NCBI GenBank assembly: GCA_963825135.1
Contig: CAWGRW010000009.1
Coordinates: 2,304,001-2,368,000, forward strand
Reading direction: 5' to 3'
DNA: 64,000 nt
Source: an uncultured bacterium
GTDB taxonomy: Bacteria > Desulfobacterota_D > UBA1144 > Nemesobacterales > UBA2774
Shown here in pieces: positions 1-9,693 of this stretch. The position numbers and the translations under genes were made by a program. The notes under the pieces were generated by a model. It was not told the origin of the DNA. It made no database searches and saw only the letters and a program-made list of their open reading frames with translations. The first letter of the stretch is position 1. The number at the start of each line of letters is the position of its first letter.

Positions 1-259
1 TCCTCCCGTGTCCCATACCCGTGACAATGGGGATATCGACGTAGGGATTGGCTTCGTTCTTATGTTCGCCGGGGATTATTCCTATTGTCGTGCCCCCTTC
101 CGATTTTGCTCCCTTGCAGGCGGCTTCCATGACCCCGCCCAACCCTCCGCATACGAGCGTGCATTTTCCCCGCGCAAGCTCCCTTCCTACCTCAAATGCA
201 GCGATATATTCCTCTTCCGCGGCATTACCGGCCCCTATTACTCCTACCAGTATCTCCAT
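1..259 (-). CDS. TIGR00725/LOG-family Rossmann-fold protein (partial, runs off the left edge)
   Basis: Manual translation from ATG at 259: MEILVGVIGAG...LVCGGLGGVMEAACKGAKSEGGTTIGIIPG...ANPYVDIPIVTGMGHGR; not in the ORF track. Confidence 0.85.
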   Translation of the reverse strand, partial: MEILVGVIGAGNAAEEEYIAAFEVGRELARGKCTLVCGGLGGVMEAACKGAKSEGGTTIGIIPGEHKNEANPYVDIPIVTGMGHGR

Positions 260-533
260 ATACGTCTAGATTATATGCTTTTTCCATTTGAGACTCAAAC
301 GGTCCGCCGGGCGGCGCAAGAAACACCCTCAACCCTCCGCCCGTAAAGTGATTTATCACCAGCCGCGGAACCTGTACATCATCGGGTACTGCGCTCCGGT
401 TATAACGGCGCGCATTCTCCGGGGATACGGGTTTTGCTCCGGGGCGGAAGAAATACTTGATTTTACTCCTCCTATCTTATAGCTTTTTAAGTTAGGGTTC
501 TAGCTCTCGACCAGAAAGGCAGGGGGGAAGTTA

Positions 534-1172
534 ATGAAGATGTTAAAAAATCCGTATGTGCTCTTGGTGTTATTGACGTTAACGGCGGTTTCTTATGCGT
601 CCGCCCAGCAAAAGGCGGATCTGGCTCCTCTGGGATTTACTTTCGGCATCTCGGATGACGACGCCCAGGATATAATCGAGACAAACGGCAAGAGGCTGAT
701 CGATGACAAGGTCGATTCGAAGAAAATCCGTACGATACTGATGCAGGGCATGATCGTTACTCTCCCGCTCGATCTGGAGGGGAGGGACGTGAGCACAGGG
801 CTTGAATTCTATGACAATAAGCTGCTCTCGAGCTCGCTGATTGTGACGGCCAAGGATGAGTCGGAGGAATCCCAGTTGCGGGATGAGCTCATGAAGTACC
901 TGAAAGACAAGTACGGCGAGCCTGCGAGCTCCGACAGCATGCTTTATTTCAAGACGTGGACGTGGCATATGCCGGATGTGAAAATGGTTTTCCATACGGA
1001 TCAGAAGAATAAAATTGTAAAGATCGCATATACCTATGAGCCCGTAAATCAGGCCAAAGTCGAGAAGGATCTGGACAAGCTGCGGGGTACCGAGGTGATA
1101 GATCCCGCAAAACAGATGTTTATCGACGGGGATTACAGCAAGCCTAAATTTTACGACGAGACGGGGCACTGA
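534..1172 (+). CDS. Secreted hypothetical protein
   Basis: 212 aa, N-terminal signal peptide ending ASA, purine-rich RBS upstream. Confidence 0.7.
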   Translation: MKMLKNPYVLLVLLTLTAVSYASAQQKADLAPLGFTFGISDDDAQDIIETNGKRLIDDKVDSKKIRTILMQGMIVTLPLDLEGRDVSTGLEFYDNKLLSSSLIVTAKDESEESQLRDELMKYLKDKYGEPASSDSMLYFKTWTWHMPDVKMVFHTDQKNKIVKIAYTYEPVNQAKVEKDLDKLRGTEVIDPAKQMFIDGDYSKPKFYDETGH

Positions 1173-1215
1173 GTTATCTGGAGACACGGCCCGTATTGGC
1201 GAGAGAGGGCCTGCA

Positions 1216-1713
1216 TTAATACTTCGTGCACTCCCTGACTTCTTTTAAATTTTTATGGTCGTTTCTCAGTATACCGTAGGCATGAGCCCATTCGTGCTTG
1301 AGTACGGGCAGAACGCCTCTCCTGTTAAAAGCCTTATAGCTTACTATTATTAATCTGTAATCCGAGTCGCACTCGCCGTTGCATCTGCCGTGGTGGTATT
1401 CACATTCGAATGTGCCGTTGACGACGGCGATCTTGTATTCCTTGGCTCCCTCACCCCGGTCCGTGATATTAAAACATCCGCTGAACTCGGCGAATTGCTC
1501 GTCCACGTTCTTCAGTATCTCGTCCCGCTCTCCCGGCACGGTCCCTGCAATACCGACCTTTAGTCCGTATTCCGGCGTTGTTTCATAGGGCAGTTTCTTG
1601 AGCTCGTCCTTGCTGAGCTCCTCAGGGTTCATGACCTGACCGAACTGCCCCACATTGGCGCATGAAGCTGTGGCGAGGAGAATAAGCACGATAGCCGGTA
1701 TTCCGATTCTCAT
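1216..1713 (-). CDS. Putative lipoprotein with HExxH zinc-metallopeptidase motif
   Basis: Lipobox-like TASC after a hydrophobic stretch; LKHEWAHAYG motif. Confidence 0.6.
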   Translation of the reverse strand: MRIGIPAIVLILLATASCANVGQFGQVMNPEELSKDELKKLPYETTPEYGLKVGIAGTVPGERDEILKNVDEQFAEFSGCFNITDRGEGAKEYKIAVVNGTFECEYHHGRCNGECDSDYRLIIVSYKAFNRRGVLPVLKHEWAHAYGILRNDHKNLKEVRECTKY

Positions 1714-1844
1714 GGTCAGGCGTAATAATATAACTTATCGGCGGCGGTTCATATCTGCATTCATGGGCCCTGCGGGAAAACCGGTGAGGTGTATAGAGTT
1801 GTCTCTTTGTTGTAATATAGAAGGGGCGTTCATCTCCGCTTCTT

Positions 1845-2351
1845 ATGACCGACTCGACAAATAAATGCAGCTCTTTTAAAAATTTTCTCGCCTGGTTCGG
1901 GTCAACCCGCGCCGGGGCTTGGACGATTATAAACCTGGGCTCCCGTCTCGATTCATGGCTGATACGGGCGACGGGCGGCAGGTACAACACCACGTTCGCC
2001 TGGTCCTGCCTGCTTCTCACGACGAAGGGAGCGAAGACGGGAAAGCCGAGGACTACCCCGCTTGTCTACGTGAGAGACGGGGAACGCCTCGTGCTCATAG
2101 CCTCCAAGGGAGGGAACCCGCGCCACCCGGCGTGGTATCTGAATCTCAAAGCCAATCCGGAGGTAGAGGTCTTCCTGGACGGGAAAAGCGCGAGGTACGT
2201 CGCCGCGGACGCGGAGGGGGAAGAGCGCGAAAGGCTCTGGAACAAGGCCGTCGGGGTGTATTCGGGTTACGAGAAATACAGGAGAAGGGCAGGGGGGAGA
2301 CAGATTCCAGTCGTGGTGATGGAGCCCGCATCTGTGCAACGAAAACTGTGA
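1845..2351 (+). CDS. Deazaflavin (F420)-dependent nitroreductase family protein (DDN-like)
   Basis: LLLTTKGAKTGKPRTTPL, ASKGGNPRHPAWYLNLKANPEV and RQIPVV motifs. Confidence 0.9.
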   Translation: MTDSTNKCSSFKNFLAWFGSTRAGAWTIINLGSRLDSWLIRATGGRYNTTFAWSCLLLTTKGAKTGKPRTTPLVYVRDGERLVLIASKGGNPRHPAWYLNLKANPEVEVFLDGKSARYVAADAEGEERERLWNKAVGVYSGYEKYRRRAGGRQIPVVVMEPASVQRKL

Positions 2352-2366
2352 TAACAAATCATCATC

Positions 2367-2696
2367 TCACTTCCCTGGAAGCGTCGAGACGAAGTCGACG
2401 CACCTGTCGATCCAGACCTTGAGATCCACGTCCTCCCTGTACCCCCCGGTCTCGACGTAGACGTACCCCTTCATCGGCTTGCCCGTGAAGTCCATGGGCC
2501 TCACGTGGGGCAGGGCTAAAGAGGCTTCGTATAGCCCGGGCCCGACCCTGGCCATTAGCAGGTCGTTCATTACCCCGCAGCACATGTTGCCGTTCAGCAT
2601 GAAAGCGATCCCCCCGAACATCTTCTTTTCCTTCGTGTCTAACTTTGCTGAAAATATTCCCCTTATACGCTCGGCGAGCTTTTCATCAAACGGCAT
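2367..2696 (-). CDS. TfoX N-terminal domain protein
   Basis: EKKMFGGIAFMLNGNMCCGV...RPMDFTGKPMKGYVYV. Confidence 0.9.
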   Translation of the reverse strand: MPFDEKLAERIRGIFSAKLDTKEKKMFGGIAFMLNGNMCCGVMNDLLMARVGPGLYEASLALPHVRPMDFTGKPMKGYVYVETGGYREDVDLKVWIDRCVDFVSTLPGK

Positions 2697-2797
2697 TACG
2701 GGTTCTCCTTTGTTTGTTCTCTTTGCGAAATTATAACAGAAGTTAACTCGAATTCAGATTGAAAAGTAATATGAGAGATGCCGATGAGGTAGAGAGG

Positions 2798-2824
2798 GGA
2801 GGGGAGGTAATTGCCCTCCCCTCC
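2798..2824 (-). terminator. GC-rich hairpin, possible terminator of 2836..3162
   Basis: GGAGGGGAG...CTCCCCTCC inverted repeat just after the stop codon; no strong U-tract. Confidence 0.35.
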
Positions 2825-2835
2825 TGACGGTTTAC

Positions 2836-3162
2836 TTACATATTTTTGTTGCTGCTCGTGGACGGGGTGTATCCCTCGACCTTTTTAATAGAGGCCGGTT
2901 TCCCGTTCTCGTAGGCCACGGTCACTTCGTCTCCGCTCTTAAGTCCCTGGAGCATCGAGGGGTCGCTGACGCTTACCATGTGGTATTTCCCCGACTGGTC
3001 CTTGAGAGTCAAACTATTGGTCTTTATCTTGGTAATTTGACCCGTGACGATTTTCGTGGCGGAAGCGACCTGCTGTCCCTGCTGATGAGGGACTGCAAAA
3101 GAATTCATCGCCGCTACCGAGAGCATTGCTGCTACTATCATACATGTGATTGTTCTGTTCAT
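2836..3162 (-). CDS. Small secreted OB-fold-like protein (CusF/DUF5666-like)
   Basis: Signal peptide; VTGQITKI...LTLKD...LQGLKSGDEVTVAY pattern; GGAGG RBS. Confidence 0.6.
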   Translation of the reverse strand: MNRTITCMIVAAMLSVAAMNSFAVPHQQGQQVASATKIVTGQITKIKTNSLTLKDQSGKYHMVSVSDPSMLQGLKSGDEVTVAYENGKPASIKKVEGYTPSTSSNKNM

Positions 3163-3254
3163 GATTGTTATAACCTCCGTTGTTTTTAAGTAAAAGCCTC
3201 AATACGGCCGGTAAAAGGGCCGCATTCAATATCTCTCAAAACCACAAATTGCTG

Positions 3255-3650
3255 TTATTTCGACGGAGGTGATCTTAGGTGGGAATATGCGAATGCAGTA
3301 TTGTAACGGAAGGAATTGATCGAGCTTTTCAGCAGGCGCTGTTTAAATCCGGGCCCGAACGATGTAATCAGGCTCGCGGCTAATGCGAGAAACAGAATAA
3401 ACGCTTTTTTAGTCGCGGGACCATTGCTGATTTCGTCATCGAGAATATAATTGTCCCCCTCGGTCATATAATTCGCGGAGTGCGGTTTGTAGTGTAGATT
3501 GATGGATCCCGATTGCGGTGAGTCAACCATGGGTGCGGAAGGAAAAGCGTAATGCGCTATAACGCCGATAAGGCCGAGATATACGAGTATTACAATCTTT
3601 CTTTTGGGGGTTAAGGCATTTGGATTTTCCGGAGTAATGAATCTTGCCAT
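3255..3650 (-). CDS. Hypothetical membrane protein with C-terminal RSPP motif
   Basis: Two hydrophobic segments; ends AYSHLRSPPSK; start uncertain (3650 or 3662). Confidence 0.5.
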   Translation of the reverse strand: MARFITPENPNALTPKRKIVILVYLGLIGVIAHYAFPSAPMVDSPQSGSINLHYKPHSANYMTEGDNYILDDEISNGPATKKAFILFLALAASLITSFGPGFKQRLLKSSINSFRYNTAFAYSHLRSPPSK

Positions 3651-3769
3651 ATCGGACAACACACGCTCTATTTCAATAGTCTAAGTTACGCTTTCGGAAT
3701 ATCAAGCGAAATTTTATTGCGGTCGACTGCCTGGTCTTTCCAATAGTTGATATTTCGGATCGGATAACT

Positions 3770-4513
3770 CTACCTGTTCGTGAGGTCGAATCTGACCGGT
3801 ACCGCGACCCAGCTTGAGGCCGGCCTGCCGGCTATCTTGCCCGGGATAAAAGTCCATTCTCTGACCGAGTTTAGAGCGGAATCGTCGAGCACATCGTACC
3901 CGGACGATTTGCGTATCTCTATCTTCCCGACGTTACCGTTCTCTAGTACGAAGACGTTTAAGACAACTAATCCTTCGTAACCGTGCCGTTTTGCGATCAT
4001 CGGATAATTCGGCTTGGGGTTCACGCCGTAGTCGGGATAGCCTATCTCGGCGCCTCTGCCGTCGCCCTTCGTATCGAGCCCGGTCCCTCTGTCTCCGAGT
4101 CCGCTCCCTCTCCCCTTGCCGTCCGGCGAGACGCTATCCGACTCCACGGCGTTTGCCGAGGGGATTGTGCTCTCAGCCGCTGTTGTTTGCTCCGTAACGG
4201 GCTGAATATCCCGACTTATTATCTCTTTCTTTTCGGTTTTTTCGGGGGGTGTTCTTTTAGTGACTACCATAACTGTCTTCTTTTCATGAGCCTTCTCGGC
4301 TTTCTTCACGGGTTCCGGCTCCCCCATCGGCGCGGGCTCGAGAGAATTCCCTTTTCCCCTTCCCGGATCGTTATATCTGGTTGTGACGCCGACCGTGAGT
4401 GGCTGGGCTAATTCGTCCGGCCTTTCCGGAGTGAGGGTAATAAATGCCGCGAAGACCGCGGCGTGCAGTATTAACGAAAGGAGGATGAATATTCCGATCC
4501 GCGAAAAGGGCAT
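3770..4513 (-). CDS. tonB: Energy transducer TonB
   Basis: N-terminal TM helix with SLILH, Pro/Lys/Glu-rich linker, PNYP...GYEGLVVL...SSGYDVLD C-terminal domain. Confidence 0.92.
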   Translation of the reverse strand: MPFSRIGIFILLSLILHAAVFAAFITLTPERPDELAQPLTVGVTTRYNDPGRGKGNSLEPAPMGEPEPVKKAEKAHEKKTVMVVTKRTPPEKTEKKEIISRDIQPVTEQTTAAESTIPSANAVESDSVSPDGKGRGSGLGDRGTGLDTKGDGRGAEIGYPDYGVNPKPNYPMIAKRHGYEGLVVLNVFVLENGNVGKIEIRKSSGYDVLDDSALNSVREWTFIPGKIAGRPASSWVAVPVRFDLTNR

Positions 4514-4529
4514 ACGGTTTTCTCCGGAT

Positions 4530-4949
4530 TCAGGGCGCTTCCGATTTTTCGGCCGCTATGGCTATTTCCTTCGCTCCTGCTTCCTTTGCCTGGCTTATCA
4601 GCTTGACGGCATCCCCAAGGAGCGCGTTCTTGTCTCCTTCCAATACGACGACCTTGGTGTTGCTTTCGGAAAGAGCCTTTTTCAATTCCTGCTCGAAATT
4701 ATCTTTCTTCGTCTCTTTCTGGTTTATAAACGTTTTCCCGTCGGTAGTCAGCGTCACCACCACGTTTCTCGATACAGTTTCGGTTTTAGAGACCTCCGGC
4801 AGCTTGATATCAGCGCCCGATTCGATGAGGGCCGAGCTCGTGATCATGAAAATTATCAGGAGCACGAGGAATATGTCCGTGAGCGGGGTGATATTAATCT
4901 CCGCTACGATATCCTCATCGGTCTTTTCGTCAAGTTTCCCGATCGCCAT
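4530..4949 (-). CDS. exbD: ExbD/TolR biopolymer transport protein
   Basis: [21 protein letters not shown] motif. Confidence 0.92.
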   Translation of the reverse strand: MAIGKLDEKTDEDIVAEINITPLTDIFLVLLIIFMITSSALIESGADIKLPEVSKTETVSRNVVVTLTTDGKTFINQKETKKDNFEQELKKALSESNTKVVVLEGDKNALLGDAVKLISQAKEAGAKEIAIAAEKSEAP

Positions 4950-5580
4950 TGCCTGATCTCCCTTGTTTGTAAGCCTGAATGAATTTAGAGTGGTTGATTC
5001 TTAGCTCCGCGTTTATACCGGCGACCCTTACCTGAAGGTAATTGTAAGCGATGACCGCGATTATGGCCACGACGAGCCCTGCGGCCGTAGCGACGAGCGC
5101 TTCGGAAATGCCTCCCGCGACTACCGAGAAACCCCCCGTGCCGGCTATGGACATGTTATGGAAGGATTTGATGATTCCGACGACCGTGCCGAAAAGGCCG
5201 ATAAAAGGGGCGCTGCTGCCTATGGTTCCGAGGATCCATATGTTCTGCTTGAGGTCCTGGACCTCTTCGTACCTGCTTTCTTCCAGCTTCTCCGAAACAT
5301 CTATTGGATTAGCCGGTCTTTCTTCCGCCAGAATGGAATGATAGAGCCTCGCCTGCACGCTTTTCCTGTGCTTATTGCAGACGGAAAGCGCTGCGGAGAA
5401 GTCCCCTCTCGTCAACGGTGGTACGACAAGGCTCGTAAGCTTCCTCGTCGAGGACGCTAGGCCGCTGAATGCGAGTATCCTTTCCCCGAGTAGAGCTACC
5501 ATAATTATGGAGCACAGGATGAGAGGGTAGGTGGCGATCCAGCCCTGCTGTACCAGGTCGATTAAATTCAAACTCTGCAT
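4930..5580 (-). CDS. exbB: ExbB/TolQ/MotA proton channel protein
   Basis: [14 protein letters not shown]...[13 protein letters not shown] motifs. Confidence 0.92.
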   Translation of the reverse strand: MQSLNLIDLVQQGWIATYPLILCSIIMVALLGERILAFSGLASSTRKLTSLVVPPLTRGDFSAALSVCNKHRKSVQARLYHSILAEERPANPIDVSEKLEESRYEEVQDLKQNIWILGTIGSSAPFIGLFGTVVGIIKSFHNMSIAGTGGFSVVAGGISEALVATAAGLVVAIIAVIAYNYLQVRVAGINAELRINHSKFIQAYKQGRSGNGDRET

Positions 5581-5848
5581 AATCTATCACCTCTTAATTC
5601 CGGTTTCTCTATATTGGTGTTCTTCATCCGGTATGAGCTTGGTATCCAGATAATCATATCCGATACAATCTGTTCCTCAATTGCTTATGTTGAATGCGTC
5701 AAAATATTTGCTGCTCTGCGGCCGGTCCGGTATGCGGCCCACACTCCGTCCGCACAAACCCTGAAACGGCGATTGTCTATGGTTGTAAACCATACTCTCC
5801 GGGCTTGATGTATCTATAAGAGGGCACATTATCTTGAAGTGTTCATCT

Positions 5849-5867
5849 GATAATGAATATCAATATC
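5849..5867. promoter_or_regulatory. Fur-box-like operator upstream of exbB-exbD-tonB
   Basis: GATAATGAATATCAATATC matches GATAATGATAATCATTATC at 16 of 19 positions; minus-strand TTGACA at 5904-5899 just upstream. Confidence 0.65.
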
Positions 5868-6080
5868 GGTAGAATTAAGGTACATGAGTATTGGTTGGTG
5901 TCAATGTGAAATCTCGGAAGTTCCTGTAGAGCCATATTCATTTATTTCTGAAGTTGTTTGAGAATCTCCAACATCCGCTGTCCTTTTCTAAACAATCCTG
6001 ATTCATTCCCCCGCCTTCACGGGCACGAATAGCGATAGAACCCATTTCGATCATTAAAGTTATGCGCTTGCACTGACCAC

Positions 6081-6096
6081 TGGCATGCATGTTGCA
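6081..6096 (+). promoter_or_regulatory. Sigma-54 (-24/-12) promoter candidate
   Basis: TGGCATGCATGTTGCA fits TGGCAcGnnnnTTGCW with correct GG-to-GC spacing, ahead of the DUF1328/csbD genes. Confidence 0.55.
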
Positions 6097-6101
6097 CATT
6101 T

Positions 6102-6371
6102 ATGCTAAATATGCAAAAGACGATAAACATCAAGGAAGTCGCAATCGTACTCGGATTATCGGCGACTTTTCTCATAGTCGCGTTGCTTGCATTTACTTTC
6201 CTGATAGTCACTTTGATTCTCGTAATGCTGGGCTTCACGGGAATTGGAAGTACGGCGGCTGCGACAGCAAAAATTCTATTGCTGGTTTTCTTCGCGCTTT
6301 TTGTAGTCTCTCTATACCTCGGACGACGGGGGAGCAGTGTGACAAATAACCATCGAAGCCGTAGAAAATAG
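6102..6371 (+). CDS. DUF1328-like small membrane protein (N-terminally extended)
   Basis: LGFTGIGSTAAATAKILLLVFFALFVVSL motif. Confidence 0.65.
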   Translation: MLNMQKTINIKEVAIVLGLSATFLIVALLAFTFLIVTLILVMLGFTGIGSTAAATAKILLLVFFALFVVSLYLGRRGSSVTNNHRSRRK

Positions 6372-6383
6372 GAGGTGATATCG

Positions 6384-6581
6384 ATGAACTGGGACCAAGT
6401 ACAGGGAAACTGGAAGCAGCTTAAGGGGAAGGCGAAGGAAGAATGGGGGAAGCTGACTGACGATGATCTCGATGTAATAAACGGCAAACGCGATCAGCTC
6501 GTAGGGAAGTTGCAGGAGAGATACGGGTACACGAGAGAGCAGGCTCAAAGGGCGGCCGATAGCTGGTCTAAAAACCATTGA
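6384..6581 (+). CDS. csbD: CsbD family stress protein
   Basis: MNWDQVQGNWKQLKGKAKEEWGKLTDDDL; GGAGGT RBS favours ATG at 6384. Confidence 0.93.
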   Translation: MNWDQVQGNWKQLKGKAKEEWGKLTDDDLDVINGKRDQLVGKLQERYGYTREQAQRAADSWSKNH

Positions 6582-6797
6582 GTTGTTTAGCTTTTGTCTT
6601 TAGACCTATTTACCCCATACCTCTGGCCGCTCTTCTCCTCGCAAACCTGGGAGGGCGGCTTGTTTCACAAGGAGCGGGTTCTGATTGAATGATAGTTAGC
6701 GGATTCGAAAAGTAGGCACGAAAATGCTGATTCACCTTTCCAGGTTAATGCATTCGGCCGATGATCGTTTCCGGATTCATAGAAGGGGGTGATAAAT

Positions 6798-6959
6798 ATG
6801 TTGAGCTGGGCTCTGACGTTTCTTGTAGTTGCCGTTATAGCAGCCGTTCTCGGGTTCACCGGTATTGCAGGAGCTGCAGCCGGTATCGCGAAGATATTGT
6901 TCGTGATATTCCTCGTGATTTTTGTAGTATCGCTCGTATTCGGCAGACGCGCGGTCTAG
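6798..6959 (+). CDS. DUF1328 family small membrane protein (53 aa)
   Basis: Manual translation [53 protein letters not shown]; below the ORF-track cutoff. Confidence 0.9.
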   Translation: MLSWALTFLVVAVIAAVLGFTGIAGAAAGIAKILFVIFLVIFVVSLVFGRRAV

Positions 6960-7014
6960 GCTATGTCGTTTGAATGGTCCAGGGGCTCCGGACATGGATC
7001 GGGCCGGAGTAATA

Positions 7015-7899
7015 TTATATGTTCGAATGAATCCTCGCTGAAAAATATCCGGACACGTTCGCTACCTGGGACAGTGCTATTAACAAAGAGAGGAACGTCT
7101 TATAACGGCATGAAGTCTTCCAGGGATAGAGTATCAAACCGGTGTAAAATTTCACGGGCTCAATCTTCAATGTATTCCGGCTCCGGCTAGCCCGGATATT
7201 GTGGAACTTATATGCGCCCTGTCCGTAATTAAAATGCTGCTTGAAGAATCCGCTCAGAGTAAGCGGGTGTGAGTGGCGCACTATAGCATCAGGGGCATAA
7301 ATCGTTTTATAACCGCAGTAGAGGTACCTGTCACAGAACTCCCTGTCTTCGGCTGCGGCGATTGGAAAAGTAGTATCGAATCCCCCGACTTTGAGGAATT
7401 GCTCTTTGGATAGGGCCATATTGTTTGAGGCTATGAACCTGGCTTCGTCCCTATTATTGTAGTAGGAATAGAGGAAGTCGGAGATCAGCTGGCTCGCAGT
7501 CGAATAGGAGTTGTCGGGCAGATCGTTGACTGTCCGTCCCGCGACTAATAGTTCAGGGTTTTGATTTAACGCATCTTCTAATTTTGTAAGCCAGTGCCGG
7601 GACGGCTTACAGTCATCGTCGGTAAATGCGAGGTATTTGCCGCTCGACTCCTCAGCGCCCCTGTTTCGCGCGGTAGCCGGCCCCGCATTGTCCTGCCTGA
7701 ACAGCTTTACGTTGATCCTCTTCCGAAACGCTCCGACAATTTCTTCGAGAGAGGTCTTGCTCCCGTCATCGACGACGATCACCTCGAAGCCGTCCCCGGG
7801 GTAAGCGATCTCGGCCGCCGAGTCCAGGCACTCTTTAAGCTGCTTCGGACGCCCGAAGGTCGGAATAACGATTGAGAAACGGGGTTCAAGCCGGTTCAT
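7015..7899 (-). CDS. Glycosyltransferase family 2
   Basis: SIVIPT, VVDDGS, NAGPATARN, FTDDDC, EDREF motifs. Confidence 0.93.
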   Translation of the reverse strand: MNRLEPRFSIVIPTFGRPKQLKECLDSAAEIAYPGDGFEVIVVDDGSKTSLEEIVGAFRKRINVKLFRQDNAGPATARNRGAEESSGKYLAFTDDDCKPSRHWLTKLEDALNQNPELLVAGRTVNDLPDNSYSTASQLISDFLYSYYNNRDEARFIASNNMALSKEQFLKVGGFDTTFPIAAAEDREFCDRYLYCGYKTIYAPDAIVRHSHPLTLSGFFKQHFNYGQGAYKFHNIRASRSRNTLKIEPVKFYTGLILYPWKTSCRYKTFLSLLIALSQVANVSGYFSARIHSNI

Positions 7900-8095
7900 G
7901 ATACAATATTATAGTCCATTCCGGGCAGGAAATGCTTTCTCGCCCGAGGGATCGGTCCTCCATTATGATAAATCCGTTCTTAAATGCTGAATAGTGAATA
8001 TCCCGATTGTGTTTATCTATCGATTACTGACCGGGTGTGTATGTACACCACATGAGATATTGCCATATCTACCCGGAAAATAAAGGGCCGCGAGG

Positions 8096-9619
8096 TTAGA
8101 TGTCGAGCTTTTGTCCCGTCATAGCGGCAGGGACAGGCTCTCCCAGGAGTGACAAAAAAGTCGGGGCGATGTTCAGAACCTCTATGTCGTCGATCTTTCC
8201 GCGTTTTTTTACGGAAGGTCCTGACAACGCGATGAATCCGTGAGCCGAATGGTCGCTTCTCCTGAAGAATTCGGGTCTTTTCTGTCTTATTTCTGCCTCG
8301 GGATGAACTACCCGCTCCATGAAGCTTCCGGGCTTCCATTCGACAAATATATCCGGTAGATACTCGTGCGGGGCACAATTAAAAATCTCCACGGCTTTAT
8401 TGACGGAGACGACGGCGGGTTCGCCCGTCGCAGGGTCGATCAATTTAAATAGCTCTCGCGTGATTCTATCAATCAGAGCGTGGTATTCATCTCCCGGTTC
8501 TACGATGCCCCGGGGTTCACGTCCCTTGAGATTGATACGTATGAAGCTCGTGTACGAGACAGGTATTGAAAAAGCCGTAGTCCGGTCCCAATCCGTTCCC
8601 TTCCTGAAGATGTCGGAGACCAATTGCTCCCTCTGCTCTCTGGACATTCGCTTGCTGAGCGCGATCCGCACCGATTCGGGGAGGAGTCTGCGCGCTATGT
8701 CTATGGGACTGAAGGAATACGGGCCGCTCTCGGGTGTCGCCTGATAGCCGAATTGTCTGCAAAAGGCTTCTCCCAGGCCCGCATTTGGAAAATCGTCTTC
8801 CATGCCGACCGAAGACACGATGCAGATGTTAGGGTTGTCGAATTTGTCGAGTGTCTGCCCGATCTCCGCGTCGATCGCCTTGTATACGTCTCTGATGGCA
8901 TATGTCAGTTCGCAATCTACATCTCCTATATCTCTGTTTTTCGGATGGTATTTCCAGAATTGATGATTCGCGGCGTGAGATTCGGCGAAGATCATTAAAG
9001 AGAGATCGAATCTGTCCCGGTCGATGAGATGACGGCACATCTCGCCTTTTATCCTGACATTTTCGATGAGTCTTCTATGGAGCTCTAAATCCTGTTCATA
9101 CGTGCTGCCGTGGTTCTCTTTCATCATCAGCTTGGCCCCGAACTTCCTGCTTATATCGTCAATGACATCGGGCGGTTCGGATGCGGTAACAAAATGGTAC
9201 GGGTCCCAATTATGGTGAGTCGCCCAGTTTGCGACCTGGATTCCCTTAAGCCCTTTATAGAGGCCCGTGTCGGCTGCATCGATAACAAGGGTTTTTTTAT
9301 TCGTTCCGATTAAATGTGACCAGAGGGGAGGGGCGTCTATATCGAGTCCCGTGACGGATTTTAGATCATAAGCCCCGGGTATTAATTGTCTGAAGTAGTA
9401 ATAACCGTGCCGGCCGCGGGAAATGCCGCTTAAGAGTGAGATCCATACTCCGTGCTCCGTAACCAGCTCCGGCCCCGCTGTCCTGCCCCATAAGCCGGTT
9501 TTCATGATGGAGGAAATGTTCGGCAAATGACCCTGATCGGCCCACTCTTCAATGAATATAGGATCACCGGCGTCTAAGCCTATGATAACCAGGGGAGGGC
9601 GTTCTTTATCGGGCGTCAT
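8096..9619 (-). CDS. Alkaline phosphatase superfamily (nucleotide pyrophosphatase/phosphodiesterase-like) protein
   Basis: IIGLDAGD...LPNI, HGYYYF, INLKGREPRGIV, SDH...IAPTFLSLLG. Confidence 0.85.
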   Translation of the reverse strand: MTPDKERPPLVIIGLDAGDPIFIEEWADQGHLPNISSIMKTGLWGRTAGPELVTEHGVWISLLSGISRGRHGYYYFRQLIPGAYDLKSVTGLDIDAPPLWSHLIGTNKKTLVIDAADTGLYKGLKGIQVANWATHHNWDPYHFVTASEPPDVIDDISRKFGAKLMMKENHGSTYEQDLELHRRLIENVRIKGEMCRHLIDRDRFDLSLMIFAESHAANHQFWKYHPKNRDIGDVDCELTYAIRDVYKAIDAEIGQTLDKFDNPNICIVSSVGMEDDFPNAGLGEAFCRQFGYQATPESGPYSFSPIDIARRLLPESVRIALSKRMSREQREQLVSDIFRKGTDWDRTTAFSIPVSYTSFIRINLKGREPRGIVEPGDEYHALIDRITRELFKLIDPATGEPAVVSVNKAVEIFNCAPHEYLPDIFVEWKPGSFMERVVHPEAEIRQKRPEFFRRSDHSAHGFIALSGPSVKKRGKIDDIEVLNIAPTFLSLLGEPVPAAMTGQKLDI

Positions 9620-9693
9620 TAGTGAACATCAATTATAAATGGTTTTATTTCTCTTTCAATCTGCGGGAAGCTCACGATAAATCAAATCATCAA

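Noticed and set aside
6714..6728. Sigma-54 promoter before the second DUF1328 gene (AGGCACGAAAATGCT)
   Set aside because: GG-to-GC spacing is one base short of the strict -24/-12 requirement.
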